From NCBI GenBank assembly GCA_963727925.1, contig CAVSIS010000053.1:32319-96318 (forward strand): 64,000 nucleotides of DNA. The letters run 5' to 3'. Both the position numbers and the translations under genes were made by a program. Every line of letters begins with the position of its first letter. Within the stretch, counting starts at the first letter, position 1. Of the stretch, positions 50,451-61,206 are shown in pieces. The stretch is from an uncultured Acidobacteriota bacterium (lineage in GTDB: Bacteria > Acidobacteriota > Thermoanaerobaculia > Thermoanaerobaculales > Sulfomarinibacteraceae). The notes under the pieces were generated by a model, which made no database searches, had not been told where the DNA came from, and worked only from the letters and a program-made list of their open reading frames with translations.

Positions 50451-51240
50451 ATGCACGCGCATGACCAGAATCGATCTGGGACCCGCTGCGGGGGAGAAAC
50501 GCTCGATCGACTGATCGAGGAGCTCGACCGCGGCCGCGCCGGGGGGAGCGCGTTGCTCGACCTCACCGTCGGGCCGTTCTGGGCCGGCGTCAGGACCACC
50601 CTCGGGGCGGGCATGGCCTCGACGCTATGGTCCGAGGGCTGGCGCCACGGCGGGGCTGCGGTCGCCGAGGCGGGGTCATTGCACTCGCGCGCCCCCCTGG
50701 AGATTGCGGGCATGCGTGCGTTCGGCGTCGACACTCGAGGCGGCGATCGGTCTCGCCGCGGTCAACGCGCTGCTGCCCCCGCCAAGCGGCCGCGTCGACA
50801 CGACCAACGCCTTCGAGGTACTCGCCGAGCACGGTGGTGGCCTACAGGTGGCGGTGATCGGCCACTTCCCCTTCGTCGACCGGTTGCGACCCGCGTGCCG
50901 TGAGCTCTGGGTGTTCGAGCGTGGCAATGGCCTGGGACCCGGCGACCTCGGACCGGAGCGCATGGCGGAGCTGCTGCCCGAAGCCGACATGGTTGCGGTC
51001 ACTGCCACGACCCTCATCAACCACACCCTCGACGAGGTGCTCCGCCACCGTCAGCCGGGGGCCCTGTGGATGATGCTCGGCCCCTCGACGCCGTTCGCGC
51101 CGGTCCTCTTCGAGCTCGGGTTCGGCGCGCTGTGCGGCACGTCGGTGGAGGATCCCGAGGCAGCGATGCGGGCGATCCGCGAAGGGGCCACCGCGCGTCA
51201 GATTCCCGGTTGTCGGCGCCAGGTGTGGTGGCATAGGTGA
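50451..51240 (+). pseudogene. DUF364/Rossmann-like protein with +1 frameshift near 50715
   Basis: N-half (VG.FWAGV...GMASTL) and C-half (IGLAAVNAL, VIGHFP, TATTLINHT, LGPSTP) lie in different frames. Confidence 0.75.
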
Positions 51241-51878
51241 CAAGGATCGAGTGTGTGGGGCTGATCCTCGCCGGCGGCGAGGGGCGGCGCTGGGGCGGAC
51301 CCAAGGCATGGGCGCGACTGCCTGACGGCCGGACCTTCCTCGCCGCATGCGGGGAGGGGCTCGCCGAAGGCGGCGCGCGGCCGGTGGCGGCGACGCTGCC
51401 GCCGGGCTCGCCGACGGACGCCGTTCCTCCGGGCGTGGTCCCGGTGGTGCTGCCCAGCCCGGGGATGGACATGTTCGCCTCGCTCGCGTGCGGCCTTCGA
51501 TGCTTGGTCGAGACGGAGGGCTGGACGACCGTGGTCGTGCTGCCGGTGGACCACCCGTTGGTGCGCGCTGCGACGGTCGCTGCGGTGGCGGCGGCTGCCT
51601 CCCCCGCGGCGATCGCCACCACACCGTGGGGCCGTCACGGCCACCCGATCGCGCTCTCGCGGGGGCTCGCCGAGGCAGTGGTGGCAGGCTGGTTCCGAGG
51701 CCCGACCCTGCGCGAGGTGTTGAAGGCCGCGCGCGCGGTCGATGCCGCGGTCGACGACCCCGGCGTGCGCGCCAACTGCAACACCCCCGAGGCATTGGCC
51801 GCGGCATGGGAGCGGGCAAACCACAGAGGGACGGAGACACAGAGAGACACAGACCCCCCCACCCACCCAGGAAGATAG
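51237..51878 (+). CDS. MocA/MobA-like nucleotidyltransferase
   Basis: ILAGGEGRRWGGPKA, PVDHP, GHP, N.NTPE. Confidence 0.85.
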   Translation: MTRIECVGLILAGGEGRRWGGPKAWARLPDGRTFLAACGEGLAEGGARPVAATLPPGSPTDAVPPGVVPVVLPSPGMDMFASLACGLRCLVETEGWTTVVVLPVDHPLVRAATVAAVAAAASPAAIATTPWGRHGHPIALSRGLAEAVVAGWFRGPTLREVLKAARAVDAAVDDPGVRANCNTPEALAAAWERANHRGTETQRDTDPPTHPGR

Positions 51879-51952
51879 CCCTCAGGCCCGTGCCGGGCAC
51901 GGGCCTGAGGGTCGTTCCTCGGGAGGGCGGGTGGTCTGTGTCTCTGTGGTTC
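51819..51952. repeat. Long palindromic ACCACAGAG/CTCTGTGGT element with a perfect 16-bp core
   Basis: CCCTCAGGCCCGTGCC-G-GGCACGGGCCTGAGGG (51879-51911) inside the outer inverted arms. Confidence 0.8.
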
Positions 51953-53180
51953 AACTCTCTCGTTTGACGATCCGCGTCCCGTCCTCGACCGCGTCCGGGG
52001 GGTGGGCGATCACGGCGTCGCCCTCGGAAAGGCCGTCGACCACCTCGGCGTGGAGCTCGTTGCGGTGGCCGACGGTGATCGTCCGCAGGTGGGCGCGGCC
52101 GTCTTCGACGACGAAGACGGCCCAGCTCTCGCCCGACCGGAAGATTGCGGCAGTAGGTACCTGGAGAATGTTGTCCCCGTGCCACACCACGACTTCGGCC
52201 TCGACCCGGTAGCGGTCGCCGAGGGCGGGGTGAGTGTCCGCGGGCGCGTCGAGGTCGATCACGACCCATACGCGCTGCTCCTCGACGCCGAGGGCGGAGA
52301 CCTTGGTAAACGCCGACGGCTCAACACGGCGCACTGTTCCGGTGAGGGGCTGCTCGCCGCCCCACTGGGTCAGGTGGACTGCCATCCCGGGCTGGATGGC
52401 GGTGGCGTCGGAGGACAGGAAGTCCGCGACGACCTCGAGGTCGCGGCGGTCGGCGATCTCGAGCAGCGGCTCGCCGGCCGGCACCACTGCCTCGCTCTCG
52501 TGGAGGCGGCGCAGCACGACGCCATTTACCGGCGAGGTCAGCCGGAGGGCTCGCCCGTCGGCGACCTCCTGGCCCGGACCGTCGCTCCACGGCTCGAGCA
52601 GCGAGGCCTGGGCGCTCTCGAGCTCGTGCCGTGCGCTCTCGACCGCCGCCTCGGCAGCGGCTACCGAGCCCTCGGTCGAAGCGGCCGCCATCGCCGCGAT
52701 CTCGGCCTGCTCCTGCGGCACCACTCCGCCGTCGCCGAGCGTCCCGTAGCGCTCGCTCTCGGCGCGGGCGAAATCGCGCTGCGCCCGTTTGGTGAGCAGG
52801 TCGGCGTGGGCCTGGTCGAGCTGGGCCCTCGCGGAAGCGACGCGGGCTTCGGCCTCGCGGCGGGTGCGCGGGTCGAGCGGGGTCGAGGCGGCGGGCGAGA
52901 AGACCGCGACCACGGTCGTGCCAGCGGTGACCTCGTCGCCGGGCTCGAGCTTTGTCCGGAGCACCCGTCCGGCGACCGGCGCCGAGACCACGAAGCGCTC
53001 GCGAACTCGGGTGTGGCCCTCGTGCTCGAGGGTCACCTCGAGTGGGCCGCGCGTCGCGCGGTCGGTGTCGACCGCGACGCGGTCGGGCAGCAGCGCCATG
53101 ACGGCGGCCGCCACGACGACGACGGCGGCGACGATCGCGAGGATCCAGCGTGTGGTGCGAGAGGTGGACATGAAGCTCAC
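51951..53180 (-). CDS. Efflux periplasmic adaptor (HlyD/MacA-like)
   Basis: VSAPVAG, SPVNG, KVSALGVEEQRV. Confidence 0.9.
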   Translation of the reverse strand: MSFMSTSRTTRWILAIVAAVVVVAAAVMALLPDRVAVDTDRATRGPLEVTLEHEGHTRVRERFVVSAPVAGRVLRTKLEPGDEVTAGTTVVAVFSPAASTPLDPRTRREAEARVASARAQLDQAHADLLTKRAQRDFARAESERYGTLGDGGVVPQEQAEIAAMAAASTEGSVAAAEAAVESARHELESAQASLLEPWSDGPGQEVADGRALRLTSPVNGVVLRRLHESEAVVPAGEPLLEIADRRDLEVVADFLSSDATAIQPGMAVHLTQWGGEQPLTGTVRRVEPSAFTKVSALGVEEQRVWVVIDLDAPADTHPALGDRYRVEAEVVVWHGDNILQVPTAAIFRSGESWAVFVVEDGRAHLRTITVGHRNELHAEVVDGLSEGDAVIAHPPDAVEDGTRIVKRES

Positions 53181-55546
53181 TCCCGGGTCTTGAGCACCTC
53201 GATCAGGTCGAGGTGGTCGAGCTTGCGGCGCACCACCAGCGACGACACCGCGGTGGCGGCGGCGACGACGATGGCGGCCAGGGCATTAGTCTGGGACGAG
53301 ATGACGAGGGGCAACCGCCACATCTCGGTGTCGTAGAGCCTGGCCACCGCGGCCGCCAGACCATGGCCGATGACGAGGCCGAGGGGAACCGCGAGAGCCG
53401 TCAACAGGGCGAGCTCTCCGAGCAGGATGTAGGCGATCTCGGCGCGCTCGAAACCGATCACACGCAGGGTCGCGAGCTCCCGCGAGCGCTCGGCGAGCGC
53501 GATGCGGGCGGCGTTGTAGACGACCCCGAAGGCGATCACGACCGCGAAAACGATGTTGATCGTGCGGATGGCACCGATCATGGTTCCGAGAGTCTCGTTG
53601 AAGCTCGCCAGCGCGGCGCTGCGCAGGCTCACCCCGGAGACCACCGGCAGCGTCTTCAGACGGTGGAAGAGGGCGGGTTCGGCGCGGGTGTCCGCCTGGA
53701 GATAGACTCCGCTGAGCACGTCGCTCTCGTGCATCAGCCGGTGTAGGGCCTCGAGGTCCATGTAGGCGCCGGCGCCGATCGACTCGTCGACCAGGAGGGT
53801 CACCGGCACTCTCCGGACCGGGCGCGCGCCCTCGAGCACCTCGACCGTGACCAGGTCGCCGAGCTTCGCACCGATGAGCTTGGCGAGCTCGGTCGAGAGC
53901 ACGAGACCACCGGGCGGCAGCGTGACAGGGCGGGAGTGGGCGTCGACCAGGCGGTAGAGCTCCGATCCGTGCGCGATCCCGGTGATGCCGGACGTGCGGC
54001 GACGGTGCCCGAGCACGAACCTGACAGGCACCGCTCGGTAGGGCTCCACGCGGAGTGCGCCGGGCAGGTGGAGAGCCGCGTCGAGCGCCTCCGCCGACCT
54101 CGGCTCGGCGAACGAGACCGCGAGGTCCCAGCGCTGCGAAATGTTGAACTGGACGTCCATCATGGCGTCCATCGCGTCGATCGAGAAGCTTCCGGCGATG
54201 TAGAGGGCCGCCCCGAAGGCGATCCCGACCACCGACAGCGCGGCCCGTCCCGGGTGGCGCTCGAGGTTGCGCAGCACGATCCGGGTCGGCTGACTGAGCC
54301 ACCGTGTGAGCCCGAGATGCTCGGCAAAGCTGGTGCGATAGAGGGTCGGCGGCTCGGGCCGCATTGCCTCGGCAGGCGGCAGAGTCACCGCGCGGCGCAC
54401 GGCGGCGAGCGCGCCGATGACGGCGGAAGCAAGGCTCACCGCAACCGCTGCGAGTACGATCCGTCCAGCGAGGTGGTACTGCAGGAGCGGGAAGCGGAAG
54501 AAGGCGGTGTACATCTCGGTCATGCCGCGGCCGAGCCAGGCGCCGACGCCGACGCCGAGTGCGGCCCCGATTCCGGACACCAGCACCGCCCACTTGACGA
54601 AGTGCAGACCGACGGCCCGATTCGAGTAGCCGAGCGCCTTGATAGCGGCAATCTGCTCGCGTTGGACGTCGACCATGCGCGAGAGCACCACGTTGACCAG
54701 GAAGGCGGCCACCCCGAGGAAGATCACCGGAAGCACGGTGCCGAACGCACGCAGCCCGCCGAGCTCGCTCGAGAGGTAGAAGTTGGACGCCTGGAGCCGC
54801 CTGGGGATCGCGCCGAGACCGCCCCAAGGCCCGAGCAGGGCGTCGACCCGATCGATGACGGCAGCCGACGAGGCGCCGCGCATCACCCGGATCACGACGT
54901 CGTTGAACGCGCCTTCCATGTCGAAGGCCGTTGCCAACGCGCGCCGTTCCATCCAGATGATCGCGTAACGCCGGTCGTCGGGTAGCAGCTCGCCGGGCCG
55001 GATGGTGTACACGAACTCGGGCGACAGCGCGAGCCCGGCGATCCGGAGACGTCGCCAGCGCCCATTGACGACCGCAGCGAGGGTGTCTCCCGGCGCGAGG
55101 TGGTTGGCGGTGGCGAAGGCCTCGCTGACCAGCACCTCGTCCGAGCGGCCGACCTCCGGGTAGCGACCGGCGCGCAGGACGACGTCGTCGAGGGTCGGTC
55201 GGTCGGGTACCGGAAGCGAGATCATCCGCGCCGCCGCCGGCTCGGCGAGCCCTGGCACGTCGAGGGTGACGTGCTCGACGACCCGGGCCTCCGCCCGGGC
55301 GACGCCGGGGATGTGCCGAATCTGCTCCGCGACCCGTAGTGGCGCCCGCTTGCACGACACGAAGACGTTCCCGAAGCGGTAGCGGTCGTAGTAGGCGGAC
55401 TCGGTGAGCTCGAGCGACGCGATCGTAGTCCGCAGCAGCACGAACAGCGCTACGCCCGCCGCCACCACCATGGCGATTGCGATCGCCTGGCCCTTGGCGA
55501 GCCAAAGGTCCCGCAGCAGCTTGCGGTCGAGCGTTGCGAGCTTCAC
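53177..55546 (-). CDS. ABC transporter permease (double FtsX/MacB-type)
   Basis: Two permease repeats, [12 protein letters not shown] and [13 protein letters not shown]. Confidence 0.92.
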   Translation of the reverse strand: MKLATLDRKLLRDLWLAKGQAIAIAMVVAAGVALFVLLRTTIASLELTESAYYDRYRFGNVFVSCKRAPLRVAEQIRHIPGVARAEARVVEHVTLDVPGLAEPAAARMISLPVPDRPTLDDVVLRAGRYPEVGRSDEVLVSEAFATANHLAPGDTLAAVVNGRWRRLRIAGLALSPEFVYTIRPGELLPDDRRYAIIWMERRALATAFDMEGAFNDVVIRVMRGASSAAVIDRVDALLGPWGGLGAIPRRLQASNFYLSSELGGLRAFGTVLPVIFLGVAAFLVNVVLSRMVDVQREQIAAIKALGYSNRAVGLHFVKWAVLVSGIGAALGVGVGAWLGRGMTEMYTAFFRFPLLQYHLAGRIVLAAVAVSLASAVIGALAAVRRAVTLPPAEAMRPEPPTLYRTSFAEHLGLTRWLSQPTRIVLRNLERHPGRAALSVVGIAFGAALYIAGSFSIDAMDAMMDVQFNISQRWDLAVSFAEPRSAEALDAALHLPGALRVEPYRAVPVRFVLGHRRRTSGITGIAHGSELYRLVDAHSRPVTLPPGGLVLSTELAKLIGAKLGDLVTVEVLEGARPVRRVPVTLLVDESIGAGAYMDLEALHRLMHESDVLSGVYLQADTRAEPALFHRLKTLPVVSGVSLRSAALASFNETLGTMIGAIRTINIVFAVVIAFGVVYNAARIALAERSRELATLRVIGFERAEIAYILLGELALLTALAVPLGLVIGHGLAAAVARLYDTEMWRLPLVISSQTNALAAIVVAAATAVSSLVVRRKLDHLDLIEVLKTRE

Positions 55547-55574
55547 TGCTCCCGCCTTCCGGTCCGTGAACGTC

Positions 55575-56305
<731 letters not shown>

Positions 56306-56309
<4 letters not shown>

Positions 56310-56943
56310 GGGGCACTCCTCTCGGCGGCGCCTCCACCAGGCGTCGCAGCATCCGGAAAACCTCTCCGCCGATGCGCATCGCCTCGCTGTCGCCGAGCCT
56401 CAGCCAGCTCTCGGCCAGCCAGCGGTCGGCTGACTCGGCCGCAGCAACCAGCATTGCAACCAGGAGACCGGAGGGAAGGTCAGGACGCACGACGCCGACC
56501 TCACGGCCGCGATCGACCAGGCTCTCGAGGTAGGAGCGGGCCTCGTCGAACAGCTCGGCGACCACGCTGCGGACCCCGGACACGGGGGGAGGCTGGTACA
56601 TCAGGGTCGCCACTCCGCTCATCCACGGATAGGAGGCGGCGCGCTCGGCGAGCTCGAAGAACCGAGCCTCGAGGGTCGGCCAGAAGGATGCCGCGTCGAG
56701 CGCCGCCGGGTCGAGCGGGTCGCCTTCGAGGAGCACCTCCCAGGTCATCTGAACCACGGTCGCGAAGAGGTCGGCCTTGTCGTCGAAGTAATAGTAGAAG
56801 ACACCCTTGCTGAGCCCGGAAACCTCGAGAATGTGGTTCAGGGAGGCGCTTTCGAAGCCGCGGCGCGCGAACTCCGCGGCGGCGTTCTCGAGCAGGCGGC
56901 GCTTGGTCTCGAGGTCGAGGTTGTCGAATCGGGGTCGCGGCAT
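56306..56943 (-). CDS. TetR/AcrR family regulator (3' end probably frameshifted; ORF track extends it to 56050)
   Basis: [14 protein letters not shown]...[23 protein letters not shown] overlap with the next gene at 56306-56309 is one base out of frame. Confidence 0.85.
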
Positions 56944-56962
56944 GCGAGTTCGGCTCCCTGGC

Positions 56963-57021
56963 TAAACCAATCAGTTCGACCGACCAGTCTAGAAGATGGG
57001 CCTTCCGCTACAGGGTGTCAA
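56963..57021 (-). promoter_or_regulatory. sigma70 promoter and tandem TetR-type operators
   Basis: TTGACA-N17-CATCTT, then TAGACTGGTCGGTCGA and CGAACTGATTGGTTTA. Confidence 0.45.
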
Positions 57022-57123
57022 CCCCTTCCTCCGACTTCCGATGGTGAAGTTGGCGGAGGTGGTCCGCGCGAACGTGATCCGTTGCGTGCGAGAGCCGGGG
57101 TCCGAAGGGTCCTCTTGTCGGGC

Positions 57124-58479
57124 TCACTCTACCGGGGTGTGCATCGTGACAAGCTCCTCCGCGGCGGTCGGGTGGATGCCGAGTGTGGCGTCGAGCTGGG
57201 CCTTGGTGACTCCTGCAGTGAGGGCCACGGCGAAGCCCTGCACGATCTCGCCGGCGTCCGGAGCGAGCACGTGCACCCCGAGCAGGCGATCGGTCGAGCG
57301 CTGCACGATCAGCTTCATCAGCGACCGCTCAGCACGCCCTGAAAGGGTGTGTTTCATCGGTCGGAACGACGAACGGAAGATCACGACGTCGTCGCCGTAG
57401 CGCTGCTTCGCGTCCTCTTCGGTGAGGCCGACGGTGGCCAGGTTGGGCTGGCTGAAGACCGCTGTTGGCACGTTTTCGTAGTCCACGCCGCGTGGCGTCC
57501 CGCGGATCTCGGTGGCAACGAAAGCCATCGCTTCGGCGATGGCGACCGGGGTCAGGTTGAGCCGGTCGGTCACGTCGCCGATCGCCCAGATCGATGGCAC
57601 GCGGGTGCGCGAGTGGCGGTCCACCACTACCGCGCCGGTAGAGCTGAGCTCGACACCGGCCGTCTCGAGCCCGAGGCCCTGTGTGTTGGGCAGGCGTCCG
57701 ATCGCGAGCAGGACCTGATCCGCCCGATGGAGGGCGCCTGCGCTGTCGATGACTTCGAGACCGGCCGTGGCGCGCCGGATCTCGGCCGGGCAGCACTCGA
57801 AGCGGAGGTCGATCCCGCGCTTGGGCATCTCCTCGGCGAGCTGGCGGCGAAGATCGCCATCGAAGCCGCGCAGGAACAGCGGTCCGCGGTACATCAGGGT
57901 GACCTCGCTACCGAGTGCCCGGAAGATCCCTGCGAACTCCACCGCGATGTAACCGCCGCCTGCGATCAGCACTCGACGCGGCAGCTCGGCGAGATGGAAC
58001 GCCTCGTCGGAGGTGATCGCGAGCTCGTCGCCGGGGATGCCGAGCCGCTGTGGTCGTCCCCCGGTGGCGACCAGGATCCGATCGGCCGAGACGCCCCTGC
58101 CCTCGACTTCGACCTCGTAGGCACCGGTCACGGTCGCCCGGGCGCGCAGCACGGTAACGCCGGCGTCCTCGAGGAGGCGGGCGTAGATGGCGTTGAGGCG
58201 GGCGATCTCGCGGTCCTTGTTGGCGATCAGGCGCGCCCAATCGAACGAGCGTCCCGGGGTCGTCCAGCCGAAGCCCGTCGCGTCGTCGAAGCCCTCGCCG
58301 AGCTGGGCTGCGTAGACCAGCAGCTTCTTCGGCACGCAACCGGCGTTGACGCAGGTGCCGCCGAGCGGGCCGGAGTCGGCGACCGCGACCCGCAGGCCCG
58401 CGGCCGCCGCCATCCGGGCCGCGCGAACGCCGCCCGAACCGGCGCCGATCACGAACAGGTCGTAGTCGCGGTCTGTCAT
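57124..58479 (-). CDS. gor: Glutathione-disulfide reductase
   Basis: GAGSGG, GGTCVNAGCVPKK, GGGYIAVEFA, LTPVAI, IHPTAAEE. Confidence 0.93.
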   Translation of the reverse strand: MTDRDYDLFVIGAGSGGVRAARMAAAAGLRVAVADSGPLGGTCVNAGCVPKKLLVYAAQLGEGFDDATGFGWTTPGRSFDWARLIANKDREIARLNAIYARLLEDAGVTVLRARATVTGAYEVEVEGRGVSADRILVATGGRPQRLGIPGDELAITSDEAFHLAELPRRVLIAGGGYIAVEFAGIFRALGSEVTLMYRGPLFLRGFDGDLRRQLAEEMPKRGIDLRFECCPAEIRRATAGLEVIDSAGALHRADQVLLAIGRLPNTQGLGLETAGVELSSTGAVVVDRHSRTRVPSIWAIGDVTDRLNLTPVAIAEAMAFVATEIRGTPRGVDYENVPTAVFSQPNLATVGLTEEDAKQRYGDDVVIFRSSFRPMKHTLSGRAERSLMKLIVQRSTDRLLGVHVLAPDAGEIVQGFAVALTAGVTKAQLDATLGIHPTAAEELVTMHTPVE

Positions 58480-58705
58480 GTGGCTCCTCGCCGCGCGGTT
58501 TGATGAGGCTTACGTCCGGGCGGCGGTGGTTGCGCGAGGGGTCCGCCCCGTCCGGCGTGGGAAGCGTGTGCCGGCCAGGCGGTATTCCGTTCTCCCTCGC
58601 CCTCGCCGCTGTCGGCCGATACGGCATGGAGCCTTTGATCGGAGTGGGGTACGCTCTTTCCCTGGAGATCCGACGCCACCTTCACAGCGACACCGAGGTG
58701 ACCGA

Positions 58706-59101
58706 GTGAGCGCGCTCCGGCTCGATCTCGAGGTGTCGCCGGAGCGGCTGGCGGTCGTTCGACTCGACGCGGATGCAGAACTTCCGGACTGGGCGATGAG
58801 GTCGGGCTTTCACTCGCTGACCCGCACGGAGGAGGAGCTTTCCCTTGTCTGCGCCGGGGCCGACGTGCCGGCGCGGCTCGCGGCCGAACGGGGATTCTGC
58901 CGGCTGACGGTCCGGGGTCCGCTCGAGTTCTCGCTGGTCGGCGTGCTGGCGTCGCTCACGGCGCCGCTGGCCGAGGCCGGGGTGAGCCTCTTTTCGATCT
59001 CCACCTTCGACACCGACCACGTGCTGGTGCGCGAAACAGACCTCGACCGGGCCTGCGCAGCGCTCGAGGCTGCCGGTCACCGCGTGGCGAGGGAGAGGTA
59101 G
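58706..59101 (+). CDS. ACT domain protein (CASTOR/ACT_7-like)
   Basis: SLTRTEEELSLVC, GPLEFSLVGVLA, ISTFDTDHVLV. Confidence 0.88.
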   Translation: MSALRLDLEVSPERLAVVRLDADAELPDWAMRSGFHSLTRTEEELSLVCAGADVPARLAAERGFCRLTVRGPLEFSLVGVLASLTAPLAEAGVSLFSISTFDTDHVLVRETDLDRACAALEAAGHRVARER

Positions 59102-59772
59102 ACGACGTTTGGGGGCTCTCCCTCCGGCCTGCTGAAGGCCTCCGTGCCGACCGCCTCGACATCGCTGAAGACCCGGCCGAGGACGCCTTCAAGCTCACGG
59201 TTGACGCCGGGGCTCCAGATCGCGAGGACACGCCCGGGCCGCAGGGCCGCACGCGCGGCAGAGAGCCCGGTCGGGTCGTACAGCGCCGCGTTGACCGGTG
59301 CCGCGAGCCAGCCGGGGCCGTTGTCCACGTCGAGCAAGATCATGTCCCACGCCGCCGGGGTGTTGCGGATGACCTCCAGGACATCGCCGACCACGATGAC
59401 GACCCGCGGGTCGTCGAGTGCGGCGCCGTTGACCTCGTTGAAGTAGCGCCTGTTCCAGTCCACGACCCGTGCGCCGATCTCGGCGACGACGACGTGTGTG
59501 ACGCCGCGCTGGTCGAGCACTGCGCGCAGTGTGTGGCCGGCGCCGAGGCCGCCGATCAGCACCCGCACGCCGGTCCGATCCGGTTCGAGCCGCGCCCGCG
59601 CGATAACCGCCATCGCACGCTCGCTGGCACTGCCGTGGCTGGCCATGAGGAATGCGCCGTCGATGAGGATCTCGTAGCCGGTCTGACCGTCCGGGGCCCG
59701 GTAGCGGGCGAGCTCGAGCAGGCCGAACGATGTGACCTCAGAGTCGATGACCTCGACCTCAATCTCCATCAA
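59077..59772 (-). CDS. Spermidine-synthase-like SAM-binding protein
   Basis: VLIGGLGAG, DMILLDVDNGP, LAIWS. Confidence 0.85.
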   Translation of the reverse strand: MMEIEVEVIDSEVTSFGLLELARYRAPDGQTGYEILIDGAFLMASHGSASERAMAVIARARLEPDRTGVRVLIGGLGAGHTLRAVLDQRGVTHVVVAEIGARVVDWNRRYFNEVNGAALDDPRVVIVVGDVLEVIRNTPAAWDMILLDVDNGPGWLAAPVNAALYDPTGLSAARAALRPGRVLAIWSPGVNRELEGVLGRVFSDVEAVGTEAFSRPEGEPPNVVYLSLATR

Positions 59773-61123
59773 CCGCCTCGCACATCGGCTCCATCGGGCC
59801 TGGCGCCTCTCCGGCCGCGGTCGCTGCCGTGACCGCCGCGACCCGAAAGGCCCCCCGGCGCGGCATGGTGCAGTGGCCGACCCATGCGGATTCGGCCAGG
59901 CTCCCGTCGGCGAGGCGGTGCTGCAGCCACCCGACGAGATACCGCGACGGCGGAAGGTCGAAGCCGGCGCGGCGTCCGATCACCCAGCGCCGGTTGACCG
60001 CCTCGTGGGACCCGACCGGGCTCGTCAGCAGCAGCGGCAGGCTGAGTGCGGCGATGAACACGAGCTCGCTCGGCTTGGTCACCAAGAGGTCGGCCTCGGC
60101 GAGGAGCGCGTTGAAGGCCCGGTAGTAGCTCGCGAAGCTCTGCTCATGGAGGACATGCAACGCGGAAGCGGGAAGATCGCTGAGGCCGAGCCCGTCGATC
60201 GCTCTTCGGAATCGGGCGGCGACCTCGGAGCGGACCCCGGCGACCAAGGCGAGCCGGAGCGCGCCGCGTCGCAGCTCCGGCGCGAGCGCCGCGAGCAGGG
60301 GCCGTACGCCGTGCGCCTGGGCGCCGGCTCCGCCGACGGCGAACACGAGCAGTGGCGGGCAACCGCGTTCGCCCGCGGGTAGGTGGCCGAGGGTCGCTTC
60401 CACCCTGCGTCGTCGGCCGTCGAAGAAGGCCCGGCTTGGGTCAAGGCGGGCCAGGCGCGCTGCCAGGTTTCCCTTGAGCACCCCGAGAGAACGCCCGCCG
60501 GTGAGCTCGTCCGGGAGCGGAAAGCCGGTGAAGTGGATCCGATCCGCCGGGACGCCGTACGAGCGCAGGCGCCGCGATGCCCGGCGTGAGGGCACGCAGT
60601 AGACGATCCGGCTTTCTTCCGGCTTGACCGAGACCCAGATCCGATGCAGATCGCTGTCGGTGACCACACAGACGACCGGCGTGTGAGCGAGCCGGTCGGC
60701 GGCGATCGCCGGCGCATAGAAGGTCGAAAGGAGCGTCTCGCCGCTGCCCTTGAGGCGCTTGGCGAGCGCACGGCCGAGGCCGGCGTCGACCAGGCGCGCC
60801 AGCCTCCGGGCCGCCAGCCCCGGAGGGACAGGGTGATGCCCGTCGCCGTCCGCGATCTCGGTCGCTGCGTCGAGCGCGAGGCGGAACGGGACGCCCGCGA
60901 CCGGGACCTGGGACATCCGCGAGACGACCTCGTAGGTCCGCCGCAGGCGCCGCCACCTGTGGGTGTCGCCCGGATCGGCGAACGGAGCGCGATCGATCGC
61001 CGCCACCTCGAGCCCGAGGTGATCGGCGAGTGCGGTGGCGGCGCGCAGGTGGCCGTAGCCCATCTCGACCGCGGCAACGAGTGTCGGCGGAAGGGCGGCT
61101 GCGGGCGTTCGGAGCTGCGGCAC
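59759..61123 (-). CDS. GT-B fold glycosyltransferase-like protein (MGDG synthase/UgtP-like); start uncertain
   Basis: MGYGHLRAA, VVTD, TGFP, ADLLVTKPSE, PVGSHEAVN. Confidence 0.65.
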   Translation of the reverse strand: MPQLRTPAAALPPTLVAAVEMGYGHLRAATALADHLGLEVAAIDRAPFADPGDTHRWRRLRRTYEVVSRMSQVPVAGVPFRLALDAATEIADGDGHHPVPPGLAARRLARLVDAGLGRALAKRLKGSGETLLSTFYAPAIAADRLAHTPVVCVVTDSDLHRIWVSVKPEESRIVYCVPSRRASRRLRSYGVPADRIHFTGFPLPDELTGGRSLGVLKGNLAARLARLDPSRAFFDGRRRRVEATLGHLPAGERGCPPLLVFAVGGAGAQAHGVRPLLAALAPELRRGALRLALVAGVRSEVAARFRRAIDGLGLSDLPASALHVLHEQSFASYYRAFNALLAEADLLVTKPSELVFIAALSLPLLLTSPVGSHEAVNRRWVIGRRAGFDLPPSRYLVGWLQHRLADGSLAESAWVGHCTMPRRGAFRVAAVTAATAAGEAPGPMEPMCEAVDGD

Positions 61124-61206
61124 GGCGGGTATGAGAGCACATTCGCGAGGGTTTTGCCTCCGCTTCACGGGGTCTTCACCGGTGCCGCGCGAAACTCGAA
61201 GGCGAG

